Shown piece after piece: positions 14,265 through 27,445 of a stretch of DNA of 64,000 bases (its first letter is position 1; every line of letters starts with the position of its first letter). The notes under the pieces are model-generated. The model searched no databases, was not told where the DNA came from, and worked only from the letters and a program-made list of their open reading frames with translations. This stretch comes from Lama glama (lineage: Eukaryota), in the NCBI GenBank assembly GCA_028534125.1, contig CM052834.1:806001-870000 (forward strand). Reading direction: 5' to 3'. A program made the position numbers and the translations under genes.

Positions 14265-15185
14265 NNNNNNNNNNNNNNNNNNNNNNNNNNNNNNNNNNNN
14301 NNNNNNNNNNNNNNNNNNNNNNNNNNNNNNNNNNNNNNNNNNNNNNNNNNNNNNNNNNNNNNNNNNNNNNNNNNNNNNNNNNNNNNNNNNNNNNNNNNNN
14401 NNNNNNNNNNNNNNNNNNNNNNNNNNNNNNNNNNNNNNNNNNNNNNNNNNNNNNNNNNNNNNNNNNNNNNNNNNNNNNNNNNNNNNNNNNNNNNNNNNNN
14501 NNNNNNNNNNNNNNNNNNNNNNNNNNNNNNNNNNNNNNNNNNNNNNNNNNNNNNNNNNNNNNNNNNNNNNNNNNNNNNNNNNNNNNNNNNNNNNNNNNNN
14601 NNNNNNNNNNNNNNNNNNNNNNNNNNNNNNNNNNNNNNNNNNNNNNNNNNNNNNNNNNNNNNNNNNNNNNNNNNNNNNNNNNNNNNNNNNNNNNNNNNNN
14701 NNNNNNNNNNNNNNNNNNNNNNNNNNNNNNNNNNNNNNNNNNNNNNNNNNNNNNNNNNNNNNNNNNNNNNNNNNNNNNNNNNNNNNNNNNNNNNNNNNNN
14801 NNNNNNNNNNNNNNNNNNNNNNNNNNNNNNNNNNNNNNNNNNNNNNNNNNNNNNNNNNNNNNNNNNNNNNNNNNNNNNNNNNNNNNNNNNNNNNNNNNNN
14901 NNNNNNNNNNNNNNNNNNNNNNNNNNNNNNNNNNNNNNNNNNNNNNNNNNNNNNNNNNNNNNNNNNNNNNNNNNNNNNNNNNNNNNNNNNNNNNNNNNNN
15001 NNNNNNNNNNNNNNNNNNNNNNNNNNNNNNNNNNNNNNNNNNNNNNNNNNNNNNNNNNNNNNNNNNNNNNNNNNNNNNNNNNNNNNNNNNNNNNNNNNNN
15101 NNNNNNNNNNNNNNNNNNNNNNNNNNNNNNNNNNNNNNNNNNNNNNNNNNNNNNNNNNNNNNNNNNNNNNNNNNNNNNNNNNNNN
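14265..15185. other. Assembly gap (921 N)
   Basis: Run of n characters. Confidence 1.
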
Positions 15186-15245
15186 AGGATGAACAGGTGA
15201 ATGGATGGCTGGATAGATCGCTGGGTGGATGGATACATGGATGGC
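15186..15245 (+). repeat. (TGGA)n-like degenerate microsatellite at gap edge
   Basis: ggatgaacaggtgaatggatggctggatagatcgctgggtggatggatacatggatgg. Confidence 0.75.
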
Positions 15246-17869
15246 CCACGGCACTACAAATGCTGGCTTAGCTCTGGACTCATCAGAAACTCTGCTGGAT
15301 GTCCCTAGCCAGCCCCAGCTCTTTAGTGATGGTGAAGGTGTTCCAACAGACTCACAACCAAGGACACAAGGAGATGGGTTGGGGGCGGCATTTCTCCATG
15401 GGTCACACCTTCATAGCAGGTGGCATTCCACTCCTCTGGGATGAGGGACACGGAGCTGCTCTGTCTGGACTCTGGGGGTGGAAGCTTTCTGCCTTGGGGT
15501 TTGGAGTGTGAAGCACTCGGAGGGCCCAGGAGACGCCACGCCTAGGGATGCTCGGGGTGGACTAAGAAGCACGTCCTGCCGTCCGGCTGCTAACCAGCTG
15601 CACACAGCGCCCTCCAGACAGGTAAAGCTCCACCCCGGTCCCCCTTACCAGGCAGGGAGGAAGCTTTCCGCTCTGGGGTCTAACTCAGTCCTGCCCTTCC
15701 CATCGTGGGTCAGGTCACGTCACATCTCTGCCCAAAGGCCTTCAGCGGTGGCCCATCTCACTCAAGGGGAGGAGCCAGTGTCCTTAAATGGTCCAGAACG
15801 CCCTCCACTGTCTGTCCCTCCCACCCCTACCAGCGACCTCCCCTCCTGTTCACTCTCCCTCGGCCCAGGCCACATCCACGCCGACCATGCTGGCCCCACT
15901 GCCCATTATTCCCGACACACTGCAGGCACCACGCCCCTCAGCGGCATGCTCCCCGCCAGCATGCCGACGGCCCACGGTGTCACCTTAAATGCCACCCTCT
16001 CAGGAGCCTTCCTGACGCTCTTTAAGGCTGCAGGTCTGGTCCCCACCCCCCAGGGCCGCACTGGTCCTGCTTCCGGCTGCCACCCCCATCCCAGCACGGA
16101 AACAGGTCCTCTCACCTCCAGCTCCCCCGTGAGAGGGTACGCTCCCCAGAAAGAGGGACTTCCGTGTTCCGCTGAACCACCAGGATTAGGAAAAATGCCC
16201 ACCATCTCGTGGGGACGTGGTCGTATCTGTTTAGTTAGCTGATCACAGGCCCGTCCTCCTCTGCCAGGCACTGCGTCCCTATTCCGAAAACTGACCCACG
16301 GAAGGAAGGCAGCTGCCCTGCTCGTCCTGCCCCGCGGCGCCGCGCACCACTGGACGGCGGCGGGCCTGCTCCACAGAAGGCCCCCAGCTGCTGGCCGCGG
16401 AAGGGCCAGCGGGACCAACACGGGCGCTTCACGGGCTCTGCTGAAGTGACGGGCCTGGACAAGGTCGTCGTCAGACGCTAAAGTCACGAGGTGAGAGGTC
16501 GGCGGGGGCTCGGCAACGAGGGGTCGGCTGACAGCCCCGGAGCCCGTTCCTGTCTCGGCCGCACTGGCGTCCTCCCACGGGGTGGGCACGGCCACCCAGA
16601 ACACCTGGACCCTCCGGCACAAGCGCGGCCTGAGCCCGGCCCCCGGCCGACAGAAAGCGAGCAGGGCACAGGGAGGGGAACGACCGAGTGAGGCGGCGTC
16701 CGCCGGGCCGGGCCGACACGAGAGGCCGGCCCAGCTCTCCCGCAAACAAGGGACGTCCACGACGGGCGGGGCGCGTGGCCAAGAGATCCGGGGGCACGCG
16801 CAGGCGTGGGGTCCGGGTCTCCCCAGGGGCCCGATTCAAGCCGGCCAGCCGCCAAGAGACGCGTTCATCGCAAGGGGCAGTAGGAACACTTCAAACACAA
16901 GCAGGACATCAGATGATACTGAGGACTTGCGGGGGCTGTGGCCGCTGCTGCCTGGGGTGGTACACACACCTGGTTGGTTTTTCCTTTTAAGCAGTCCTCG
17001 CCTGCCAGAGAAGACCACCAGCGCACGTGCAGGTGAACTGGAGTCTGCTTTCAAACACCTCAGGGATAAAACTCTCGAGGAAGTCGGTTGCCCCAAGCTG
17101 GCAGGTGCTGACGTTGGAGCTGAGGGGGGGTACCTGGGAACCCACGACACAAGGCTGTTTACTTGCATTATGTTTCAAAGGTTTCGTTGAAAACCGTTCT
17201 TTAAAAATTCATAAACTTCCTGTTTTGTAGATGAACTTAATGAAGTTTAAAAAAAAAAAAAAAGTACCAGAATAGTTCTGTGCTCTTCTGGCTGGAGCCG
17301 TGGACGGAGGTCAAGCCTGGGGAGCAGCGGAGCTGGCCGCTTTCCCACCACGGCGTGCCCAGCGCCCTGGCCCTGGCTGACAGAGAGGCCTGCTGGTTTG
17401 TGTCTGCAGACGAAGGCCAGACAGTCCTGAGACGAGGAGAGTCTCTCCCCGCCCCGAGGACGCGGGGCCGCCTGGCCACCTGTCCCCCTGGCCCCTGCGG
17501 ACCTCTCCCATGTCCCCCCCCGCGTCCCCCCCGCCCGTCTGTCCCCCTCCCTTTGGGCACCTCCTCGGTCTCTTCAGTGAGATGTTCTCGAACAACATCT
17601 AAATAGGTCATAAATCCGTGACCTCGTGTGGGAAGCACTAAACCCCTCCTCTGAAGTCTGCTGCCGCGGCTCAGCGGTGGGCGGGGCTAACGTTCGCTGA
17701 ATTCCAGGCCCATAAAAGGCAGGTGCACTGTCCCCGTGCCCCAGACGAGGACACCGAGTGCAGAGGGGTTGGGGGCGTTCCCGGGTGTCACCAGGCTCAC
17801 CGTGGTACCAGCGGTTTGAACAGGGTGCTGACTTGGTCTGTGTCAGGCCCTGTTGTAGACAAATCTGCA

Positions 17870-18000
17870 TCGGCTCCTTCCACCCTCACCACACCCCGCA
17901 AGGTGGGAGCTGTGGTTGGGCCCATTCTGCTGACCGGGACACGGAGGCCCAGCAAGGTTAAGTCACTTCCCGAGGTCACAAAGCTCGTCACTGGCTGAGT
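17870..18000 (-). mobile_element. MIR SINE fragment
   Basis: cccattctgctgaccgggacacggaggcccagcaaggttaagtcacttcccgaggtcaca. Confidence 0.65.
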
Positions 18001-20559
18001 GGGAGTGGGGTGGGAGCGGGGCCCGAGGACGGGCCCACGGGTGGAGGCATCTCCCGAGCTGGCCGTGGATGGAGTGGTGGCCCACGGCGGGGTCACCGTG
18101 TGTCCCGGTTTGCCCAGGCCTGCTGTCCGCACGTAGTGACTCACACAGCCCCCTTCTTTCTCAAATGTGCCCTAGTTTGGATGATAAATGATACGGTCCC
18201 TTAATTATAAGCTTCTCCAGGGTAAGAAAAGCACATGATAGCCAATTAATTAATACTTGTTGAATAAAAGGGTAATGACTTTCTTTAACGGTGACGGACC
18301 TCCTGGGGAACGGAGAGATGACCAAGTAGCAGTCTCCGCGGTTCCCTTGGCAACGCTTGGATCCTGTGACTCACGGCCCTTCCCTACGAGTCCCCTCAGA
18401 GCTGCTCTGCCCGCCGACAGCCCGGGGCCTCCCACAGCATCGTGGGGCCCGTGAGGACCCCCATTCACCCCCAGACAGAGGCTGGCCCCCGGTCCTCGGC
18501 ATCCCAGCCCCTAAACTGGGCACCTCCCGCAGGCCCAGCTCCCCATCCGCTCCGCTGTCACTGCACTTCTGGGCGGGGGGGCCCCGGCCCCAGCCCTGGC
18601 CCCGCCCCACACGCTCCCTCCAAGACAAGGTGCACCACCGGCCAGGCTGCCCGGTTTCCCCCATTCCGGCGCGGTGTGGCATCCGCCCAACTCCAGCCCT
18701 GCGGGTGCCCCTCTCCCTCCTGCAGCAGGGAAGCAACGCTGTCTCTGGTTCTGTCACCTCGTCTGCCTGAGGAGACACGAGCTGCCCCGTGGGGCAGGGC
18801 ACACGGACGGGAGGCTTGGGCCTTGTCTTCAGTCTGAAGTCATCTCCCCGACCTCGTGCCCTCCTGAGGCGCAGGTGGTCGGCGCTGTAGACACAGGTCT
18901 TAATGGCTGCACTTAGAGGAAAGCATAAAGCTGTGAGATCTCATCGTCCTCATCAGTAACATTAATTTTAAAGCTGAGATAATGCGTTCCTGACTCATCA
19001 CAGCCACATGGCATTTAGCGGACAAGCACATCGCTGCTTAATCTGGGGACCAGGAGCTCCTGGAGATGTGATGTGCACACCGGCCCCTGCCAGGGCCAGG
19101 GCTCTCGGCGCCCCGAACACTTAAGACGACCTTTGCCCAGACCTGCAACAAGGGGCTCGCAGCCCGGATGCGGGGCCCCAGGGAGGCCTTTGCCGGGCCT
19201 CTCCCTCTGGTCACCCGCACATCCCAGTGTCTGGAATAACCGCCCTCATCGAGCCGTCCACCCACCAGCCGCTCTCCTCCACGAGCATTGGCTTCTCTGT
19301 GCTACTTCCCACTTCAGCCCCCGAGAGGCGCTCAGATTGCACCTGCGCAGGACCGACGGGGCAGGAGGAGGGGCAGCAGAGGGAACCAAGACCCTGAGTG
19401 ACGCCCCCCCAGTCGGGTGTCGGGGGGCCCTGTACAGAGCGCCTCCGCCGGGCGCTCTCTCCTGACGCCGCCCCGCCGCCCACCGCCCCGCGGGAGCTGA
19501 GCTGGGGCTGTGTGGCCAGGGCCCCGTCCTCCTCAGCGTCCCCTTTGCAAGCTGGCTGCAGTGGGGGCCGCTGAGGACCGAGGGCCAGCCTCCAGGGCCA
19601 ACTCGCCGGCTCCCGGGGAAGCTGTGTCCCGTCACACACCCTCAGACTCCGGCCGCGTGCGACAGGACGCCTCGGCCTGACCAGCCGTGCTGCCCGGGCC
19701 CGGCCACCAGACCTGCATCACACCTCCCCCGTCTGGGCCACTCTGGGGGGAGACGTGCTCAGGAACCCGGCCCCAACTTGATGCCACCACCGTGAACGGG
19801 CCCCGCGCGGCCCGAGTCACACCTGCCCCCCAACCCCAACCTCCAACAGGCGTCGGCCCCACTCCCGCCGGAAAGCCAGGCCTTTGAGCACGGTGGCCCC
19901 AGCCCAGTGGCCAGGCCTAGAACTACCCCCTGCTGGCCACTCGCCCACGTGCAATCCGCCCAGCTCAACCCAGCCCAGCCTCAGAGGGCCCCTGCCCACT
20001 GGAGGCAGGAGTGGGGAGAGCACAACCGAGGCCCCTCCGCCCCTGGCACCCCGAGCACCCCCGGACCGGGGCCAGGAGTCTCTGCCCCAGCTCCCGGCGC
20101 TTACGTTGGAACATGGTGTCTTGAAGAGGGTGACTCACTGCAGCTGCGAGCACTGACTGATGACTCTGATCCTCCTGAAGCCACTGGCTCACAAGGGTCT
20201 CCCTCCATCTGGGCCGAGACCCAGCCCCGCGGCCAACATGCCAGGAGAGCGGCTCCCCTTCCCGGCGGCCACGCTGAGCCCCCATCTCCCCTGGTCTGAA
20301 ATGGACTTTTCCCTCTAAATACGGGTGTCTGACCGAAAACAACGCCAGCTCAATCAAAAGAGAGGGCTCGTCCCCGTGTCAGGAAGGACACCCCATTCCC
20401 GGAAGTCCTGCACACGCTGAGGCCACGTTAGAAAGGATGAGACTGAGCAAAACTCCCGCTGCCCGAAAGTGCAAAGAACCTTTAGTGACTCAGCCCTGGC
20501 CAGGCTCAAATCGGGGCCGAAAGTCCCAGGGCTAACTGCCCGCCAAGGCTGGACCCGGG

Positions 20560-20650
20560 ATTGTCATCTCCTGAGCATCTCCCGTGTGCCAAGCGCTGGG
20601 TGAGCCCTGGGGACAAAAGAGTGAGAGAACAAACAGGCGTCGAACCTGCC
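20560..20650 (-). mobile_element. L2 fragment
   Basis: ctgagcatctcccgtgtgccaagcgctgggtgagccctggggacaaaagagtga. Confidence 0.55.
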
Positions 20651-22359
20651 GAGGCCCCAGAGAGGGCGCCTCCCTCCTGCCCCACGCCCCTCTGTAGCTC
20701 TTGCTCGGCCCCAGAAAGTCACTCCAGCCCCCACGTCCGGGTCCACGGCTCCCAGACGGAACGTGGTACGTGTGTCCAGGGGCTTCCTCAGTCAACTCCC
20801 CCCGCACAGCGGACCTGCCCAGGGCACCCTGGAGGCAGCGCCTCGACCCAGGGTGACCGCCCCGTGATCAGGTTCTGAAATCCAGGCCCAGCGGCAGGGA
20901 CGTGGGAGACTGCAGAGCACGTGCGTGTGGTGACCCGGGGAGTCCGCGCGCAGCCTGGCTACGCCAGACACAGCAAGGCGGCAGCCGGCACACGCGTGAC
21001 CTGCCCTGAGCACCCCCTGCCACGAGCACCTCAGCCCCGTCCTGTACCGTCACCAGGTCCGGCCCAGCGGCCGCAGGCGACAGAAGAGGGATGACCACGC
21101 ACGGGGAGGTGCGCCCAGCTCCCCAGCCAGCAGCCCCAGGAGGGGCCGCGAGCAGGCACTTAAGAGGCAGGGCCTCCCTGGGGACAGAGACTGTATCTGA
21201 GTCACCGCCCATCCCGGGCCAGGCTCAGGGGTCTTGCAAGCATCCGGGCTGCTGGCCGCACACGCTCCAGGCCGGGAGCAGACCGGAGAGGGATTTCAAG
21301 CCACAGAGAACAACAGCATGAAGGCACCTCTGCGTACAGTGACGTTCCTCAAAGTAAAAAGCAGGGAGGCAGTTCGGCAGCCCTACGCCCCCCGCGGCGG
21401 GAGGAGGGCGGCCGGGCCCGCAGCTGCAGGCCAGCGCCAGCACGGCCGCCCGCGGACTCGCTCACCACGGGCGGGGCGCCCGGCCAGCTCTGAGCACCGG
21501 ACACCCCGCGGTCCCACTGGGGCAGAGCACATGGAGCGCGTCGTGTGAAGGTGGCCCTGGAGTCCGGCCTGCCCTCCGCAGCAAGGACAGATGGTGCTTT
21601 TCAGCGTGCCATCCGCAACCCGACACAAAGGGGCTCTTTGCTTCCGGGAAGCCCGGGGCGGGGGGCAGGGCATCCCGAGGCTCAGAGAGGTCGCCCTTTC
21701 CTCCGGGTCCAGAACCAGGAGAGGACGAAACCCACACACCCGTCAGCATCTCCCGAGGCTCTCAGGGGACGCTACCCCCTGAATATCTTCCCGCCTTCCC
21801 AGTGTGGGTACCCCATGGCAGTGGGTCTGGATCACCGGGTTCCTGTTAGAGGCATCTCCTCTCCTTGAGGACTGAAAAGCCCAAAACCGCAGGCCCCGAA
21901 GGTCACACAGAATAACCGCAGCCCTGTCGTAATACAGGAGATCTGAGGGGGGCCCAGGGCGTCCGAGGGCGGTCTCCCACCTGTGCTACGTTCAGGTGCA
22001 TCGTGTGATGCCCCCTTTACCCTCATCTGCTCATAACCCACAGAACACCCCCAAGTTTATGTTTTCCAGTGGCACCGTCTGAAGCCTGGGCTCAGAGGCC
22101 GTGCACTGCGCCCTGCAGAACACAGCCTCGCAGGGACGTCCAGTTCCAGCAGGCCCAGCAAGGGCACCGGGGGGAGGGCAGAACCCAGAAGCTACGAGAG
22201 ACGCCCACGATCAGCTAGTTCAATGCCGTCTTACAGAGGAGAAGGCTGAACTCAGTCCTACCCTTGAGCCTCCTAAATGCCTTCCCACCCCTTCTGGCTC
22301 GTCGTTCACACAGATGCCAAGAAATGTTTCTGAGACACAATTCTGCTCATTCTTACTCT

Positions 22360-22535
22360 CCTGATTAAAGCTCTCCTACAGAGTCTTCGGGATAAAGCTC
22401 AAACTCGTTAGTGTGACACGCACGGCTCTTGATCTGGCCTCTGCCTTTCTCTGAGCTGCGTGTCCTCCCAGTCCTGGGACCACCACACACACACACTCCC
22501 TTCCAGCCATACTGAGCTGCCTGGAGTTGTTGAAA
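22360..22535 (+). mobile_element. L2 fragment
   Basis: ggataaagctcaaactcgttag...gatctggcctctgcc...ccagccatactgagctgc. Confidence 0.55.
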
Positions 22536-25199
22536 TATCGATTGTGGACATAGATCTCTAGCTGTTACATGGCACAGACTCCAAGCCACCCAGCTGAGAC
22601 GAAGACACGTGATCAGAGACTCCAGCGTCTGCCCACAGGGGAGGGGGGCTTGGGGCTAGAGTTCAATCAGACTCATGCTTCAAAGGGACGTGAGAGGATC
22701 CACAGGCTCTCCAGCTGGTCACTGACAATGTCCAGAATGTAATCCAAGATTACCAGACACAAAACTACGCTCCCTGCTTAAGAGAACAGGAGGTCAAAGG
22801 AGACAAGGCCTGAGACGACCAGGGGCTGGCATCAGCAGACAGGGTCCGTCACACGCAGCGCTCTGCCGTCCCCGTCTCTGCTGGGAGAGCAACCACTGCC
22901 TGAAAGCTCTGCCCCCTTGCTCGGTAACTCGCTCATCGGCTCTTCCCAGGGCTCCGCATTCGTCCTGATCACTCACGAGCTTGCCGTCCAGTTGTCTGGT
23001 TACTTGCTTGCCTCCTCCATCTCTCCTGAAGCAGGGGTGGGCCATTTGTGTCAGCGACATCAACGCAGAGCACGGGCTGGAGGACCAGTGTGGGCTGAAT
23101 GGACAAAGAGACTGAGAACAACGGTGGACGCTCGCACATCGCTGACTCACGGGCGGCCCCTCACACCACGTTCACGGTCTTGAAACCACGTGGCACCTCC
23201 TCCTCCTCCTGCTGCGTCTCACGCAGGTCACTTCTGTGCGAGGAGGATGTGGACGCCGAAGCGCAGAGATGTGCTCTCACCCCCACATCCCTCCATCTGA
23301 AGCCTGCTCGGTGGGCTTCTCCCTGAGCCCCACTTCCCAAGGTGGGTCTTACTCCTGCTTGATGTCAGTTCCCGACATGCTCACTGACCCCTCCCTCGGG
23401 CTGTAAGCCTCACTGAGTTAACTCCCACTGGGCGCCTCACGATGCCAGGTGGGCACGTGGCCCATTCCACTCCCCCAACCCACGAGGGAGGCAGGATCCA
23501 GGTCACCACCACTTCACGGATCATGACACTGAGAAGGCTTTTTTCACAAGGTTAGCAACTGGCAGCCTCCTCTGCCCATCATCCTAGACGAAGAAAGACT
23601 TAAAGAGAAGCAATCTTTCCTCTCATTCCTGACACGCCTTAGGCGTCTCACTTCGACTTTAAAGAGGTTTGCTGGAGGGAGGCAGCGCGTCCGCCCACTG
23701 TGGAAATCTGAAATAAACCCCCGAGCCATGAAGAGCCGGTCAGCTGACCGACCCCACCTGCACACAGGCTGCCGCCCATCCGCTTCGGGTTTCTCTCACC
23801 TTCCAAAGGGGCGTGAGTGGAGGCGGCGCTCTGCTCCCGTCAGGGCCGCCGAGAGGGGACGAGCTGGAGCAATATGGGCAGACACGGCCCCAGAGCCCAT
23901 CATCCCAGCCGTACGGAATGTCTGCTGGGCCTAATGGGATCGGGACCACGGTCTGAGGGCGGAAGGAGCACAGCTCCCCGGAGATGATCGGCCTCTGCGG
24001 CCTCGCTGGAGTGCTAATGGAATTAACGGGCAGAAGACACTTTGAAGTCGGCCCTCACGAGCCACATGTCCTCTGCAGGGCGCACTGAGTCCAAGATTCC
24101 TCCTTGCTCGTTGAGCAGTTACTGACGCTTGGCGTTCTGGTTCTCCTGTGTGTTCTGGAATTCTTTCCGACTCTGAGAGCCAATGCTGAAACTGAGTTAA
24201 ACATGAACTGTCGAGATGAGTCTAGATGGGGGTTCTGGAAGCCCAAGTCTAGCTCACGAACCAGCGACGACAAGGCAGCACGTGGCCCAGCTCCTCCCTC
24301 TGCCCCCACGAGTCCCCGTGTGCTGGGAACCGTCCAGACACCCGCGCTCCGGGCACACACACCCACCAGGACTTAAAGGCAACACTCAACATGGGTTATT
24401 TCACTTAAGCAGAAAAAGATCCTCCGACAGCACCTCCTCACTCATGCTCCCGGAAGCCAGGCTGTACGCACCGGGGGCCGAGTCTGCGCTGGTAAGACTG
24501 AGACAAGCGAGGCTTGTGCGTGCCTTTCCCAGAATCTCAGGGCAGAACGTCAGAAAGTTTTATTTGCATCCCAGCCTGTTTTTCAGTGCCAACTGCTTGG
24601 ATCACCGAGCCTCCCTCCAACTTCATACCTGAGAAGGTTCAGTTACTTAAACCCAGAGGAGCCGCGGGAAAAGAACACACGCCTGTGGGTCTGTCGCGTC
24701 TGGCAGCTCAGAGACGAACTGGAGTCTCCCCTTGGAAAATCGCTCAAGAATGAAGTGTCTCATGCGAGCAGTTTCCTACCATTGAACTTACTCCACTTTC
24801 CACAGTGTGGTTTGAAAGTAAAGATTCCCACTTGATTTATCTGCGCTGGCAGCAAGCAAGAGGAGTCTCTGAATCACTCACCAGAAACCTGAGACTCCAG
24901 GAGGCAACCTGTGTCTGCGTGAGTCTCTCCGGTCCCACAAACGACGGGGCTCTGTTAAAGCGCCGCCGTGCGTAATCAGTGCCGCTGGTGCTCTTCGCAG
25001 GCTGCAGCGATCCCCCTCAAGTCACCACACTGTTTATTAAAACGATAAAGACGCGTCTTGAAACACAACCGGCAGTTTACCGGTCAGAAAGCGCTCACCC
25101 AAGGATGAGGAGACACACCCTTTGCTTCCCAGTTACCGTGCGCGTCGCCCCGGCCATGTTCACTGCGCACGAACACTGCGAGGGCCACACCTGCCTCGT

Positions 25200-25345
25200 T
25201 TCACGGGCGCGCCGACCTCCTTGGGAAGCTGGCATTACCGGCTCTAGTTCTGATGAGAAAAGTGGTGTTTAACGAGGTCACCTGCTCAAGGTCACACATC
25301 AGGTACGTGGCGCAACTAGGACTCCAGCCCAGGCGGGTCTAACCC
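25200..25345 (-). mobile_element. MIR SINE fragment
   Basis: tctgatgagaaaagtg...gaggtcacctgctcaaggtcacacatcaggtacgtggc...ccaggcgggtctaac. Confidence 0.6.
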
Positions 25346-27334
25346 CACATGTCTCCGCAACATTCCCTGTTGTCCCCGGGGCTTCGCTCTGAGATGGGAC
25401 GTGCTTGTCTTTATGTCACACACGGCCAGGTCACAGATGCCGGGGTCAGCCGAAGGCACTCAGCAGACTGCAACACGGGGCGTGCCTGCGGCCACAGCAA
25501 GGAGACTCTCTGGACGAACTGATCATTCGTCCGAGAACTTTACGTTTGTCACAGGTCTTGGGGACCATCAGCGCAACCCCCGCGTCTACGGGGAAGGATG
25601 GGACCCAGGGTGGAGGGTTTGTCCCCGGATCTCCACTTCTCGGATAAACCTCCGTCACGTCTCATCAGAAAGACTGGCCAGCACGCACTCGTGCCCCCAC
25701 GTCCAGGCGTGCGGAGGCAGAGGGGCGACAGGCAGACCCCGTGTCTGGCGCCAGAGGATGCAGTCAGGGCGACTGAGCACGAAGCCATCCAAAAACCACA
25801 GGGGTATTTCATGAGGCACCGACGTGACTGACGGACGGCAGGGCCACGTGCCTCCTGGGGTGGAGACAGGGGCGGGCAGCAGGGTCTTGCAGGGACTGGC
25901 AAAGGGAAGACGATGGACCTCCGGCGCTGGACGGAGGGAGGAACCGAGCGGCCTGGGCGAACAGACAAACCTGAGGGAGGACGTGCCCCTGGCGTCTGCT
26001 GGGCCCAGAGACAGGAACGTTTCACTCCAGCCGGTTCCGGGCCCAGAGCCTGAGGGGCCCGCCTGGCAGGCAGGGGGCCCCAGGGATGTTTTCCATCAGC
26101 CATACTTAGCCCTGCTTTGTACCAGGGCCATGACCCCGACAAGCCTCATCGTCACTGGAATGCCGTCCAAGTCAAGGGAAACGCAGGAGACGCCAGAGCT
26201 GTTGCGACATCGGTCCAAAGTCGGGGTGGGGCGGCCTGACTCAGCGGGGAAACTCACTCACCAGCCTCTCCTGGCACCTGGGCCAGACTCAGCCGATTCT
26301 GACCCCTTTTCCTGTGAACCTTCTCCAAAGCCGAAAGCCACTTTTCTGCCCCCTTGGGAGACAGAAGAGGCTGCACAGGACACCCCACACAGAGGCGTCG
26401 CGGATTCCGGACGGCGCCCGATGTGGCTCTGCAGACCCGCCCGCCCGGCCGTGGCCCCCCTGCATCAGGCTGCTCGCCTCCAGTGGGGACACTCGGACCA
26501 CCGCTGGCTACGGTGCTTCTGAGGCTCAAGTGCCACACGAGGAGATTCTCTGCAAAGTTTAAAGCATCACAGACGTCAGCGGTCAGACTTCTAAAAGGGA
26601 GACACGTCCACGGGTCTTCCAGACACGTGGGCAAGCGAGGGACGGAAGTTTTCCTGGTTTTAAGGGAGACGCTCGAGGAGGCCGAGCTTCGTGCTGGTTC
26701 TCAGGACAGCTGCCCGCAGACGCACCCGGACAGGGACGCTCCATCTGGCACGGACACCAGCTCGGGGCCCGGCCGGCCCTGCTGAGCACAACCCCCCCTC
26801 ACCCCCCGAGGCCCCGCACGCGGCCCGCAGTGAGCCGGCCTCCAGCCTCGTCTCTCCCGCTGGCCCTCTCCGTCCCTCCTCTGCTCACTGCAGGGCACTT
26901 CCGCCCCTCTTCCCACCCCTTCCCTGGGCTCCCGACAGGACGGGCAGCTGTGCTCAGGGACAGTCAACGGGCAAGGCTAACGGACCGCAAAGCAGGCTCT
27001 CTGCTTCCAGTTTCCGTTTTGTGAGGACTCCCCCTCCAACGGCGAACTCTCCTTGTCCATTTCCGCCAACTTTCTCTCGTGCTCCCAGCGTCTCGGCGGA
27101 GGGCACGTGAGCACCCTCGTCTCGGCCGCACAGACGGGCTCTCAGTCTGCTCCTCAGAGCCAGCTGGTCTGGGCTCAGCGGGAGGAAACAAGGGGTCCCG
27201 GTGGGAAGGGGCTTATCCGGGCTTGCCGGGCTGTGAAGAAAGAGGTCACCCTCTCGCCTGGGTCTCAGTCTGGAAGTAAGGTCCCCTCCGTGAGAGTCCA
27301 GAACGGGAAAGGTGGCTGGGAAGGCTGGCAACTC

Positions 27335-27445
27335 ACAGCAAACCTGCAGGAAGCCATCAGTGGCCCCATTTCACAGATGAGAAACTGAGGCTTACTGGTA
27401 AATGCACGAGGTCAGTGACCTCACAGTCCAGCTGGAGACACAAAA
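27335..27445 (-). mobile_element. MIR SINE fragment
   Basis: ccccatttcacagatgagaaactgaggctt core. Confidence 0.7.

Noticed and set aside
13803-15254. Long ORFs spanning the N run
   Set aside because: Artefacts of translating the gap.
15782-15791. Isolated CArG box CCTTAAATGG
   Set aside because: Lies next to a MIR-like fragment without supporting motifs; a few perfect CArG matches are expected by chance in 64 kb.
24104-24376. Short ORF with a signal-peptide-like hydrophobic start
   Set aside because: Non-ATG start, antisense to the host gene, and no supporting gene structure.
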